From: Octopus bimaculoides
Taxonomy: Eukaryota
Assembly (NCBI RefSeq): GCF_001194135.2
Contig: NC_069000.1
Coordinates: 26,324,109 to 26,388,108 of the forward strand
Reading direction: 5' to 3'
DNA length: 64,000 nt
Shown here: positions 1 to 11,259 of the stretch, piece after piece
Numbering within the stretch: the first letter of the stretch is position 1
Layout of the letters: the number at the start of each line of letters is the position of its first letter
Position numbers and translations under genes: made by a program
The notes under the pieces: model-generated
Databases searched by the model: none
What the model saw: only the letters and a program-made list of their open reading frames with translations
Told to the model about the DNA's origin: nothing

Positions 1-329
1 ATAGGTAAAGAATACTGAGATGAAAGTTTAATCTATGACGTTGTATGTATCACTTTCTCTCTCTCTCCCTCTCCCTCTTTTACTCTTACTCTCTATATTT
101 TTATGTTGAGCGCGTGTGTAAGAATGGCATTCCAGGTAGCAGGGATAAAATATAAAAGTTGCTAGAAACAACAGCCAAATCTCCCTTAAATCACACAAAG
201 TAAACGGAATTTAAAAAATCTAATTACTGCACTGGAAAGTTCAGATCGAGAAAATTCCATTGATGTAAAAAATTTTACGAAAAAGTGGAAAATGTGGATT
301 TCTATAAACATTCAAAAAGGCTTCACACA

Positions 330-1100
330 AACACACAATTTCAGATTTATATATTAAGATATATATATAACATGTAAGTGGTAATACTTTATTATTTTAT
401 ATCATATTTTAAACAGTTATATATTTAGCTTTAATCTTTACAATGTTTTTATAATAATTGTTAATTACAGGTATTCTTTTATTAGTTTCTAATCATAAGG
501 ATGTTTTAGTATTATCTATTAAATTACTGGTATAAGTTTAACATTAAAGGATGTAAGGACAACGAATAATTAATACGTATGTAGTATTTTATTAACTTTT
601 AGGTTATGAAATAATGTAATTCATTCAGAATTAGTTATATTATTAAAGTTCAATGAGTTTGTTTTTGTTTAGGAAAGAATAGAATATAAAGGCTTTCACT
701 TTTATATTAATAACTATGGAAGACTGGTGGGAATATTATCTGCATGGACTTCAAGTATTATGTTGCTATTTAGTTAGATAATTTATGAGTTAGTTATAGG
801 TTTACTTATTGAATTTATTTACCGATACTGTTTTTGTACATAGGGTAAATGCGTTTCTTTGTAATTTAATTGATAATGTTAGTGTTTAATCCTTCCTAGT
901 ATTAAGATTGAATGAATGGGGTGATATACATGGTATGTTTGTTCCCAAACAACACATATTTTAGTGCTGTTGACACTGCCGGAAAGAATGGTACTGACCA
1001 GGTGTTGAAACTATAGTGATATCTATGGGGCAGCTGATGATGGAGGTATGTTGCATTGTTGGCTTGGGTGTTATTGTATGTGCGGAATAGATTTCGGGCA
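330..1100 (-). mobile_element. Very decayed Penelope-like retroelement remnant (tentative)
   Basis: Strand-skewed AT-rich stretch. Minus-strand pseudo-translation gives broken patches (KEYL*LT, AKYI, KYDIK*) resembling the GIY-YIG C-terminus of Penelope-like elements. Many stops and frameshifts. Confidence 0.25.
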
Positions 1101-1395
1101 GACCAAAGCCTTGTGAGTGGATTTGGTAGGCAGAAACTGAAAGAAGCCCATTGTATATGTATGTATGTATGTATGTATGTATGCATGTATATGTTTGTGT
1201 GTCTGTGTTTGTCCCCCAACCATCGTTTGACAACCAACGTTGGCGTGTTTACATCCCCGTAACTTAGTGGTTCGGCAAAACGGACTGATAGAATAAGTAG
1301 TAGGCTTACAAGGAATAAGTCCTGGGGCCGATTTGTTCGACTAAAGGCAGTGCTCCAGCATATCTACAGTCAAATGACTGAACAAATAAAAGAAA
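1094..1395 (+). mobile_element. 5'-truncated tRNA-derived SINE (family A) with internal (TATG)n
   Basis: Body GACCAAAGCCTTGTGAGTGGATTTGGTAG..AAACTGAAAGAAGCCC and tail GCTCCAGCAT..CAGTCAAATGACTGAA recur at many other sites in the window. Confidence 0.8.
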
Positions 1396-1493
1396 TATAN
1401 NNNNNNNNNTATATATATATATTTAAGCACATAAATATGTATATATATATATATATATATATCTGTAAATAATACGTGACAATTATTCGGTAG

Positions 1494-1561
1494 CCATGAT
1501 AAAACTCTGAGTTTCGGATGTCGGGGCGGAAACTCATGCCGCCATCTCTTCAGTTATCTGG
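1494..1561 (-). ncRNA. Type I hammerhead ribozyme motif (left arm)
   Basis: Minus strand reads CCAGATAA-CTGAAGA-GATG..CATC-C-GAAA-CTCAGAG-TT-TTATCATGG. Stem I GATAA/TTATC, full core, near-palindromic helix III ACTCAGAGT, GUU cleavage triplet. Confidence 0.75.
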
Positions 1562-1818
1562 TCATCGCAAAAATGCTATGAAAATGACCGTTAAACAAAG
1601 GGAAATTACTATGTGATTGACCATTATTAAGACAAAAGAGATATTAGAATGACCGCTAAATGAGGGGAGAGAGTAAAGGTAAGGGAGTAAAAGTGTCAAT
1701 AGTATTTGCAAATCATTCTAATAGCAGTCATTCTAATAGCTCTTTTGTCTTAATAACGGTCAATCATTCAGAAATTTTCCTTTGTTTAACGGTCATTTTC
1801 ATAGCATTTTTTCGATGG

Positions 1819-1886
1819 CCAGATAATTGAAGAGATGGTGGCATGAGTTTCCGCCCCTACATCCGAAACTCAGAGTTTTATCATAG
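1819..1886 (+). ncRNA. Hammerhead motif, right-arm copy with C3->U core change
   Basis: CCAGATAA-TTGAAGA-GATG..CATC-C-GAAACTCAGAGTT-TTATC; mirror of 1494-1561 except TTGAAGA at 1827-1833. Confidence 0.65.
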
Positions 1887-1985
1887 CTACCAAATAATTG
1901 TCACATATTATTTACAGATAAGTTCCTCTATTTACATAATATCGAGGTCTCTTTCTTTCTTTTCTTGTCTTACCTTTGCTATCAA

Positions 1986-2029
<44 letters not shown>

Positions 2030-2033
2030 TATA

Positions 2034-2330
2034 GGGAGAATTCACGAAAAAACAACAGATGAAGACAAGTGGTGTAGACAACAAATGGATGTATTAGTAT
2101 AATGCTCGGGAATAGAGAAAGTCTTGTCTTTAATGTTTCGAGCCGATGCTCTTCAACAGAAAGGAACACAGAAAGAAACAAGGAGAGAAGAAAAATATGT
2201 ATAGTGGTCAGTGATCTATCATGGTGAATGCCGGACAGAAGGGTCACACAGGAGAGTTAAGAAGAAGGGGAGATAACAAAGTAGTAGTGATCCCAAAACG
2301 AAGGTGCGTGTGTGTGAGAGAATGCTGGTG
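2034..2330 (-). mobile_element. Penelope-like pLTR fragment with minimal hammerhead-like motif (about 2126-2165)
   Basis: Minus strand CTTT-CTGTTGA-AGAGC-ATCG-GCTC-GAAACATT-AAAG. A homologous segment occurs at about 4300-4430 on the + strand. Confidence 0.55.
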
Positions 2331-2420
2331 ATCTTAACATATGCATGTGTATATATTATACATGCAAAACATTTTCAAAGATATGAATGAAATATTAATT
2401 TTCAAACATTACATAAATTT

Positions 2421-3212
2421 CATCATCATCGTTTAATGTCCACTTTCCATGGTAGCATGGGTTGGATGATTTGACTGAGGACTGATGAACCAGGTGGCTG
2501 CACCAGGCTCGAATCTGATTTGACAGAGTTTCTACAGCTGGACGCCCTTCCTAACGCCAACCACTCTGAGAGTGTAGTGGGTGCTTTTACATGCCACCAG
2601 CACGAAGGCCAGTCAGGCGCTACTTTTGAAATGGTGTATTTTACGTGCCACCTACACAGGAGCCAGTCCAGCAGTACTGGCAACGAACTCGCTCAAATGT
2701 CTTTTCACGTGCCACCGGCACAAGTGCTAGGAAGGCGACGCTGGTAACGATCACGCTCAAATGGTGCTCTTTACGTGCCACTGGCACGGAAGCCAGACAG
2801 CTGCTCTGGCAACGATCATGCTCATTGGTGCTCTTAGNNNNNNNNNNNNNNNNNNNNNNNNNNNNNNNNNNNNNNNNNNNNNNNNNNNNNNNNNNNNNNN
2901 NNNNNNNNNNNNNNNNNNNNNNNNNNNNNNNNNNNNNNNNNNNNNNNNNNNAAGCCGAATTTAATGTCTAATGAAGGAGACGTTGGTATGGGGGCCAGTC
3001 GTCGAATTTAGTTCAATTTTGATTTCACTTGCCTCAACAGGTTTTTCGCAAGCGGAGTTTAGTGTCCAATGAAGGAAAGGTATGCATGAGTGGGCTGGCT
3101 ACAGCCCTGGTAGAGGCCTTGGATTATGGTCTCACTTGGCCTGCCAAGTCTTCTCACACACAGCATATTTCCAAAGGTCTCGGTCAAAAGTCATTGCCTC
3201 GGTGAGGCCTAA
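2421..3212 (-). mobile_element. RTE-clade LINE 3' end (3' UTR, end of RT; contains gap)
   Basis: (GAT)n tail at 2421 and shared 3' UTR with 19868-20520, 44040-44329 and 16691-16945. 3090-3210 matches the RT C-terminus seen at 20480-20600. Confidence 0.85.
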
Positions 3213-3382
3213 AGGAAATTTACTATATTCTATCCATTTTTTTTTACTAAATTCAAATATTGCTGATAATTTCAATTCTAATAAATTATTTCTCCTGGCA
3301 TTTTTGCACCAGTTGTTGTTATTGCATCTACAGAAATTCTGATTTGTATACCATAGTGAAAATCTTTTTCATTGTTTTTAAA

Positions 3383-3840
3383 ATGGCGCCAAAAGGAAAA
3401 GAATTGTCTGAAAATTTGACAAAAACTATTTTTAATTTGCACAAGAATGGTTTAGGATACAAGTTAATTAGCAAACAAATACAGAAGTACAAAGCTACTG
3501 GACAGCTAAGCAATAAACATCATCCAGTTTGTATTTCTATTTTAACTGTGCATGATATTCACCATATCCAACGTTGTGTGATGGACAACAGGCATCGTAC
3601 TGCTTCATTTTTGGCCCAAGAAGTGTCTTCTGTTAGTGGAAAGAGTGTATCCGACCAAACAGTTCACTGGAATTTGAACCAATGTGGTCTTCATGGTTGC
3701 ATTCCAAGTAGGAAGCCTCTCCTCACTACCAGACACTACCAGACATCAAGTTGTCTGTCTTTTGCCAAACCTTTGTGAGTAAGAGGAAGGAGTTTTGGAA
3801 TAAAATTCTTTTTTCTGACGAGACTAAAATCAACTTGTTT
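3383..3840 (+). mobile_element. Tc1-like transposase, N-terminal half, disrupted
   Basis: MAPKGKELSENLTKTIFNLHKNGLGYKLISKQ..GLHGCIPSRKPLL..FWNKILFSDETKINLF (paired-like HTH plus first catalytic Asp motif); frameshifted. Confidence 0.85.
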
Positions 3841-3899
3841 TGGTTGCTGTTTTCCCCAAAAGAAAAGAGAATTTCATAGAAGTACACTGTTGCTTTGTG

Positions 3900-4430
3900 T
3901 TAGCCATTGCAAAATCAACAAACAGGGAAGAAGTGCTGCAAAACAATGACGTACCACTTGGCAGTACAACTTCACTTAACAATGCCAGTTGGCAGACTGA
4001 TGCCTAAAGGTTGCATCAAGTGGCTTTTATCTGCGAGAGCCTGAACTACAAGGATTTGTCCCACAGAGAAAGTTTCCAGTTACTTTTGGGCACCTCCTTG
4101 TATAATTACACTTCATATTCGAGGCTCTGATGAAGCTATTAGGCGTTATTCAGGCACTCAGCTGTGAGTCCACTGCATCTTATAGTAGAAACAGCTGTAA
4201 GCTAATGAAGTTCATACCATAATTATTTTTTCCTTTGTCATCTTATTTTCTTATACAAACTGTTCACCCCTACACATTTTTTTCTCTCTCCATTTTTTCC
4301 CTCTCGTCCCTTTCTGTCAAAGAGCATAAAGCTTGAAATATCAAAACTTTTCCATTCTTCCTGAGCGTTAAATTAATGGCTTGTTGTTCCCTCACCTGCC
4401 TTCATCTTTTGCTTTCTGTAAATTTTAATT
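3900..4430 (+). mobile_element. Penelope-like terminal repeat remnant carrying two hammerhead-like motifs
   Basis: Motifs at 4121-4204 and about 4308-4347; 3' part homologous to 2034-2170 (-). Confidence 0.55.
4121..4204 (+). ncRNA. Type I hammerhead ribozyme motif
   Basis: GGCT-CTGATGA(4127-4133)-A-GCTAT..ATAGT-A-GAAA(4188-4191)-CAGCTG-TA-AGCT. Palindromic helix III ACAGCTGT, GUA triplet, short 4-bp stem I. Confidence 0.65.
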
Positions 4431-4431
4431 C

Positions 4432-4452
4432 TGTGTGTGCGTGCGTGCGTGC

Positions 4453-4502
<50 letters not shown>
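4432..4502. repeat. (GT)n/(GCGT)n microsatellite
   Basis: Directly visible. Many other (TA)n, (GA)n and (TATG)n tracts occur throughout the window, often next to N gaps. Confidence 0.95.
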
Positions 4503-4504
<2 letters not shown>

Positions 4505-4729
4505 AGTTAGCTAGTTGTTTATTATGTTTCAAACTTGAAAATTCGCCATATGTTGCATGTGTATATATCTGGAGTGGAACAGAGTAAGAATTTCTCAGCA
4601 CATGTGAACGTGAAAATGTAAAATTCTAAAAGTAATATGAGGAGGTATTTTAAAAATATGTTGAGAATGTGCTGTAACGAAGTAGTGCGAAAAGCACTAT
4701 ATGGACACACAGCAGTATCTAGCTATATA

Positions 4730-4764
<35 letters not shown>

Positions 4765-5217
4765 TGTAAATAGCTACATGTCTGTATGTATGNNNNNNNN
4801 NNNNNNNNNNNNNNNNNNNNNNNNNNNNNNNNNNNNNNNNNNNNNNNNNNNNNNNNNNNNNNNNNNNNNNNNNNNNNNNNNNNNNNNNNNNNATATATAT
4901 ATATACACACACACACATACAAATAGCCATTAGTATACTCTTTGTGATTATACTCTGCATGCACTCTTGCACATACATATATGCACAGATTGCGTATGTG
5001 TATGTATCCGTATAGATCTTTTCAAATGGGCTACACATTTTATATATTAAGAAAAGCAGGGTAGTCAGGATTGGATACAAACTATTTAGCGCTTTCATGT
5101 ATTCATCGTGAATGCTTTCTTAGAGATAATCCTTACGTTTGAATGAGAGTGAGTTAAAAGAAATCGGGAGTTAAAACAAATTCAACTCCGTATTTTTTCA
5201 ATTTACTGACGTATATA

Positions 5218-5419
5218 CGAGGGTGTGCTGAAAACTTCCTGGCTTTAAGGGTGCCGCAAAAGGCCCAACGTTCCAAGTTCTTTTACAGGTCTTAGAAAAA
5301 CTGAAGGACCGCTGTAATAAGTGTGTGAATCTGAGAGATTATGTTGAATAAAATCATAATTAACTGATCCTACCGTATTTTCTTTTACCCAAAGCCAGGA
5401 GCTTTTCAGCACCAAATCG
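5218..5419. mobile_element. mariner-derived MITE
   Basis: TIRs CGAGGGTGTGCTGAAAACTTCCTGGCTTT / AAAGCCAGGAGCTTTTCAGCACCAAATCG; TA at the left end. Confidence 0.75.
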
Positions 5420-5605
5420 CATATGAAGAAAAAAAAAAGGTATGATTTCTCTACAAGAAATTATTCATGATGAATCTGTAGTGGCGTCGAAAACGGTAAA
5501 TAAATAGTTTCTGTCCAAATCCTGACTTCCTTCTTTTTTAATGCACGTGTTAATCCGAGTACTGAACACGAATCTTAATCATTTCGAAAGTAATGTTTTA
5601 TTTAG

Positions 5606-5647
<42 letters not shown>

Positions 5648-5693
5648 GCATACATACATACAGATGTATATGTGATATAATTGTGTGTGTATG

Positions 5694-5724
<31 letters not shown>

Positions 5725-6662
5725 TCGTATTTATGCGTATATATATGCAATATATATATACAGTATAAGATGTACATATATAGGCATAACTACAGATGTG
5801 TATCACCCCAAAAGTATCCATTTTTCTGGAAGTTATGAGTCAACAATTTTTTAAAAAATTATAATATAATATATATATATAATATAATATATAATGTAAT
5901 GATGATAATAATAATAATNNNNNNNNNNNNNNNNNNNNNNNNNNNNNNNNNNNNNNNNNNNNNNNNNNNNNNNNNNNNNNNNNNNNNNNNNNNNNNNNNN
6001 NNNNNNNNNNNNNNNNNNNNNTATATATAAGGATGCGTGCATAAAATCTTTTGCACAAGATACTAAAGCAATTTAGTATGTTTCCAAATATCTCTTAGAA
6101 GATATATTAGATTCCACTACATTCTTAATTCTCTTCCTCTTCGAAATATATATGTATATACAATACAGTGAAGTTTTTTCGGGTAAAATGTAAAATAAGA
6201 TTACTAATACCCGACTTCTTCACTGATAATTTCCAAGTTCGAAAATTCAACTGAAAGAAATTCTTTTTTTTTTTTAAATTTTATATTTTCTATATAATTC
6301 TTTATTGTGCCGTTAAATGTATAAATCTAATCCGAAACGTAAAATTAAAGGAGAAATAAAGATGCTTTCTTGTACTACTATCGTTATATTGCTTGATTTT
6401 TCATTTCTGTTCCAAGTCATGGCATGTTACGAAGTTTAAATATGGCTGCCGCGAAAATCTCGTCACCTTTATTGACTTTATCAATTGAGAGAAGTATGAT
6501 TTATAAACGACAAATGAAGAAGTCGTAAAAGAGACGGAATAAAAATCTACACTAAAAATTTAAACACTTTTACTGTGTACGTAATATATATTTATATACA
6601 CACACACATATAAAACCATATATAGTTATTGCCCAATTATATATATACACACATGTATATAT

Positions 6663-6703
<41 letters not shown>

Positions 6704-7282
6704 CAGATGGGACAAGAACGCAAAACATCAAGAAAGGGACAAAACATTCAGATAGACGTTACAAAGAAAACACGGACAGGTCACAAATATATGTATACAC
6801 ACATATATACTTATACATATGTACATACACACATAATCATTCATAAACATACATATATACATACACAAATGTATACACACACACTATATATATATATATA
6901 CACACATACTCAGCTACTTAGGAAGTATCTTATTGGAGTATTTTTACTTATTTTTGAAAGTAGTTTAAGTAAATAATTAGAAATGAATATCTTTACATTA
7001 TTAGGCCTTAATTTCGCATATAAGTATATACTATTTGAATAAACCTTCCCTCCCCAAATTAAAAAAAAATAAAACACAACGGAGCCGGGTATAAGACGCG
7101 GTATCTAATTTTAAGGTAATTAATTTTCACATATTCTTCCATTATAAATTGCTTCTAAAATTTTTTCCTTGAATAACATAAATAATATATTTATGGATTT
7201 AGTTCTTATCTTAAAAATTTTTATCGAAATTATTTCTTGCACTGGTTTGAGGAAAACAAAGGGTTTGAAAAGAGTGAGCATG

Positions 7283-7350
7283 ATTGGTTAGTTGAAAACG
7301 AGGCTGGCCTACTTAAGCCGATTATCCTAACGCAGATCTCCATTTTGAGT
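7283..7350 (+). promoter_or_regulatory. Probable hnRNP proximal promoter (inverted CCAAT, YY1-like CCATTTT)
   Basis: ATTGG at about 7283 and CCATTTTG at about 7340, in CpG-retaining sequence 90-150 bp upstream of the ATG. Motif-level evidence only. Confidence 0.4.
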
Positions 7351-7432
7351 GTCTTATTAGCTGTTCTTTGACAGTGGTCGCTTGCATTACTACACACCAG
7401 CTGAAGAAATAAGCTAAACTAACTCGTTTAAA

Positions 7433-8443
7433 ATGCCTGAAAGATTTTATAACTACAGAGAGGAGAATAGTGATGATCCTCAAGCAGAAAAATTCCGCAA
7501 ATTGTTTATTGGCGGTCTTAACTACGACACGACGGAAGAGGTTATTAAACAGCACTTCGAACAATGGGGCGAAATCGTCGACTGCGTCGTCATGAAAAAC
7601 CCAAGCACGAAAAGATCTCGTGGATTCGGTTTCATTACTTACAAAACCGCCGAAATGTTAGATGAGGCGCAGAAGAACCGACCTCACAAAATTGATAATC
7701 GTGATTTGGATACAAAAAGAGCCATGCCTCGTAATGAATCGGACGAAACCCAAACCTCAGTGAAGAAAATGTTCGTCGGCGGATTGAAGGAGGAAACTTC
7801 TGAAGACGATATTCGGGATACTTTCGGTGGTTTCGGCAAAATCGAAAAACTGGAAATGATTAAAGATAAAGCAACCGGCAAACAAAGAGGATTCTGTTTT
7901 GTCACCTACGAGGACTTCGACTCCGTAGACAAGGTTGTCCTTAAACGTCGCATCTCACTCAACGGGAAAATGGTTGAAGTGAAGAAAGCTGTGTCGAAGG
8001 ATCGTGAAGGTGGAATGGGCATGGGCGGCGGCGGCGGCGGCCGTGGAGGAAGAGGTGGTGGTGGTATCCGTGGTGGAGGACGCGGAGGCTTCGGTGGTGC
8101 CAACGGCAGCGGTTACAACGACAATTATGGATACCATTGTAACATGGGCTATCAAGGCAACGCTGGAGGACCGCAGGGCTACGGCGGTAATGGTCCACAA
8201 GGTTATGGCGGAGGTAATCAGGGTGGCTATGGAGGCGGAGGCTACGGTAGCATGGGTGGTGGCGGCGGCCGCTACGGCGGTGGTGACTTCAATGATGGCT
8301 ACAACAACTTCGGAACTGGTTACAGTTACGGGAACGGCGGCGGGCCCACTCGTGGTGGTGGTGGTGGCTTCAACAGAGGAAGCGGCCCCTATGGTAGTGG
8401 CTACGGTAGTGGCGGTATGAGTGGTAGCAACTATCGGCGGTAA
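7433..8443 (+). CDS. HNRNPA1-like: Heterogeneous nuclear ribonucleoprotein A/B family (A1/A2B1/Hrb87F-like), intronless CDS, 336 aa
   Basis: Two RRMs (KLFIGGL / RGFGFITY; KMFVGGL / RGFCFVTY), KRAMPR linker, Gly-rich RGG/GYGG domain and M9/PY-NLS-like GGFNRGSGPYG. Confidence 0.96.
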   Translation: MPERFYNYREENSDDPQAEKFRKLFIGGLNYDTTEEVIKQHFEQWGEIVDCVVMKNPSTKRSRGFGFITYKTAEMLDEAQKNRPHKIDNRDLDTKRAMPRNESDETQTSVKKMFVGGLKEETSEDDIRDTFGGFGKIEKLEMIKDKATGKQRGFCFVTYEDFDSVDKVVLKRRISLNGKMVEVKKAVSKDREGGMGMGGGGGGRGGRGGGGIRGGGRGGFGGANGSGYNDNYGYHCNMGYQGNAGGPQGYGGNGPQGYGGGNQGGYGGGGYGSMGGGGGRYGGGDFNDGYNNFGTGYSYGNGGGPTRGGGGGFNRGSGPYGSGYGSGGMSGSNYRR

Positions 8444-11153
8444 TTTGGCTTTTCTGAACGAACACAACCTTCATCACCAGCAATATCACATACTTAAAAC
8501 CTCTCCCACCAGAGGGAAAATAAAGAGAAAATCAAATTCCACATCTTCCATCATCAATAGCAACATCCAACAGCAGCCACGCCATCTCCTTCATCCACCT
8601 ACATCTGTAACACAAAGCTGCAACACATCGGGACTCCTACGGCCAGGTAATATCCCTGTCTGATGATATAAAACACTTCTCAGTACATTCTTTTGATGCC
8701 ATTATATATATAATTTTATTATTTATCTTTTAGAATAATCGTACCTGCCAAAAAAAGAACAAAACAAAAAAGAAAACATTTGATTACTATCATCTATGTA
8801 TCTCATATCTAATCACAGCAAAACATGTTTAAAACTGCTCATCTATGTTGCATCTCGGCATTATTACCAGAAACTAAGGAAGGATTAGTTGATTCAGCTA
8901 CTATATTACTACTATTCAGCTATCCAGACCAGTAATACCAATATTTATGTTACTTCCTCCTCATCACAGCCTAAGTTTTCAATCCAATTAGAAGCCATTT
9001 TGTCATTGAAACTTTATTTTAGACTATTTTTATTCATAAAACACCTATTTAAATTATTCTTTGTCTGATCGTCTCTCCTTCACAACATACACACATTGAA
9101 TATATCTAGGTATAATTAATGTAGGTTAACTATTCTAGATATATTTCATGTTCACTCATTTATTTGTTCGCATCGCTTTCTCAGTCCTGACAACGTCAGT
9201 CTTTTTACCTTTTTTTTTTAAATTTATCCACCTAAATCTAGGTAAATCACAAGTGCAGGAATTTGATATTTATGTTTAAAAAACAAACTTAAAAAAATAA
9301 ATGGTAAATAACTTAGTATTATACATATTGTAATGAATGGAGATCTTAGGAAACTTGACTGAAATCTATTGTCTCTTATGGAAATGGGAGGTGCTGGTTT
9401 AGTCCTTTGTTCCACCTGATACAAGTTTCTCTCTAAAATGGTCGACATAAGGCAAGGTGATGACAGCTTGTTGTTTTTTTCTTATTTCTGCTACAGAAAC
9501 TAACAACTTGGGGTATATATATATATATATATCACCACCATAATGCTAAATAAAATCAGAGACCTAGTGCTTTCTCCTTTATGGACATATGTACTTTTTT
9601 CTTTCCCATCTTATGTAACTTCATTTTCTTTCCTCCCTTATCACTTCATATCATGAAATAACCTTATACAGGCCACAGTACATGTATTGAAGTCTCTAAT
9701 AAACACCTTATTTAATAATTTACTTTTAGAGTTCAGTCTACAATCAATTTTTTTCAAATGTATTTTTTAAAAAGGGGTCAAGGAGTAGCCAGTGGTGAGT
9801 AACTTGGACTTTAAACAAAAGGCAGTGCTTTGGTGATGGTCAGTCTCGCCCCAGTTTACATCTTATTTACTATTTCTAAATTAATTACTAAAGAAAAGGT
9901 AATGAGCCAGCCAACTTATGTTTTAATTGTCTATTTTATCTATTCTTTTATGACCTGATCCAGCCACTGTCTTATAGTTGATTCTCCAGGAAAATTACTA
10001 CTAGAAGCTACTATAAGTGTAGAAAGTGAGGGCCACTCCAATGAAATACTGTTGCAGCAGCCATTTATCTTCGGCTACTCCCAGCAAACTTGCTGGTTGA
10101 GATGTATCTTGTAAATAAAGAAATTTACAAACTTGAACTAGATTTCATCATTTTGTCTAGACAAATTGTCGGTTAGTTTTTTTTTATAGTATTATCATTT
10201 CCTGTTCGGTCTTTTTCCATGTTAGTCAAGATAGTTTAAGAGCCTCAACAGTATTTCAGTTGCCGCCACTTGGTTATTAAATTTCACTCATCCACTTACC
10301 TTCACTTTGCTTAACCCCAACCACCTCGTCTAAACTCCCACTTTTCTTTTCCCCCACCTCCGACCTTTTCACTAGACTCACCCACCATATACAGTTGACG
10401 TGTTTTGTTAATGTCTAGTATCTTGCTTGGTCGGCATGTCGCTAATTCTGTGTCTTATATATGTATAGTATGTGTGTATAATTATATGTATGAGTGAAAT
10501 TGTATATATCTTCATAATGCTAAACTTTTCGCTAAATTAGTTGCTGGTCAACCTTCTGTATTTGTAATCAACAATCACAGCAGAACTTTGACCTGCTGGT
10601 CACCACGTGAACTATGATGTAGTTATACACCTAGCCTCAAGCAGATTTACTGTTTTAAGTAACTTAGTGTCATGTTTAGTTTCGTGTTAGGTAAGTATTT
10701 CTAGAATTAACTCGATTTAGACTTTCTTGCTTCCACTTTCTGCATGAGCTTCTGTAATGGTTTTTTTTTTTTTTTTTTTTTACACATGGCCCTGTCACCG
10801 TCTGTTTTAATTTTCGATCCATCCCTAGTTTTCACATTCTCAGCTGACCACTGACCATACCCATGAAAATTACCGTTCTTTCTTCCTGATCCCATACCCC
10901 GCCCCAATTTCATGTGTGGTAAGGTCGGGGCTGAAAGGGATGAGTTTTGTACTGTTTGCATGCCAGGTGGGTGTGCTGGGGGAATTTTAATTTTGCTTTC
11001 TTCCCGGTTGCTGCATCTTAGTGTAAGCCACCCTTGTAGGTAGGTAAGTCAGTCGGCAGTCAGTCATCTTGTTTATACTATTACTACTACTACAACCATT
11101 ACCAACACTACTACTACTGTTGTCATTTCACCCAGTACCAGTCTACTTTTCAG

Positions 11154-11259
11154 GTCAATATGGCATAAGTATTGTTTGATAGATAAGATGAGCTTATTTG
11201 CAGTTGTCAGCAGTACATTTAGTGCCTTTCGCTACTCTAAGTATGTCTGGGGAATTGAG
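11154..11259 (+). other. Putative non-coding exon downstream of hnRNP CDS
   Basis: Acceptor CTACTTTTCAG (AG 11152-11153) and donor GAG|GTAAGT (11260). Confidence 0.5.

Larger units (their letters stand above)
1461..1919. repeat. Foldback element: ~198-bp inverted arms (1461-1658 / 1722-1919), 63-bp spacer
   Basis: The arms are reverse complements with scattered substitutions (ATCTGTAAATAATACGTGAC.. vs ..GTCACATATTATTTACAGAT). Flanked by (TA)n tracts. Confidence 0.95.

Noticed and set aside
330-900. Mitochondrial insertion (NUMT) suggested by AT richness and strand skew
   Set aside because: No mitochondrial tRNA cloverleaf or protein motif could be recovered with the invertebrate mitochondrial code; the weak matches favour a decayed retroelement.
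902-7000. Many 60-130 aa ORFs rich in Y/I/H/T/C/V or X (also at 15914-16108, 27301-27700, 40450-40858, 43314-44262)
   Set aside because: Translations of microsatellites or read-through of N gaps.
7684-8467. Overlapping antisense and alternative-frame ORFs (e.g. 7955-8467, 8004-8420)
   Set aside because: Expected shadows of a GC-rich Gly-codon region; no independent features.
8660-8666. CTGATGA/CTGAAGA hits at 8660, about 12969, about 37419 and 46618 as hammerheads or C/D snoRNA boxes
   Set aside because: No correctly spaced GAAA-stem III-UH or pairing stems; no D box at snoRNA distance.
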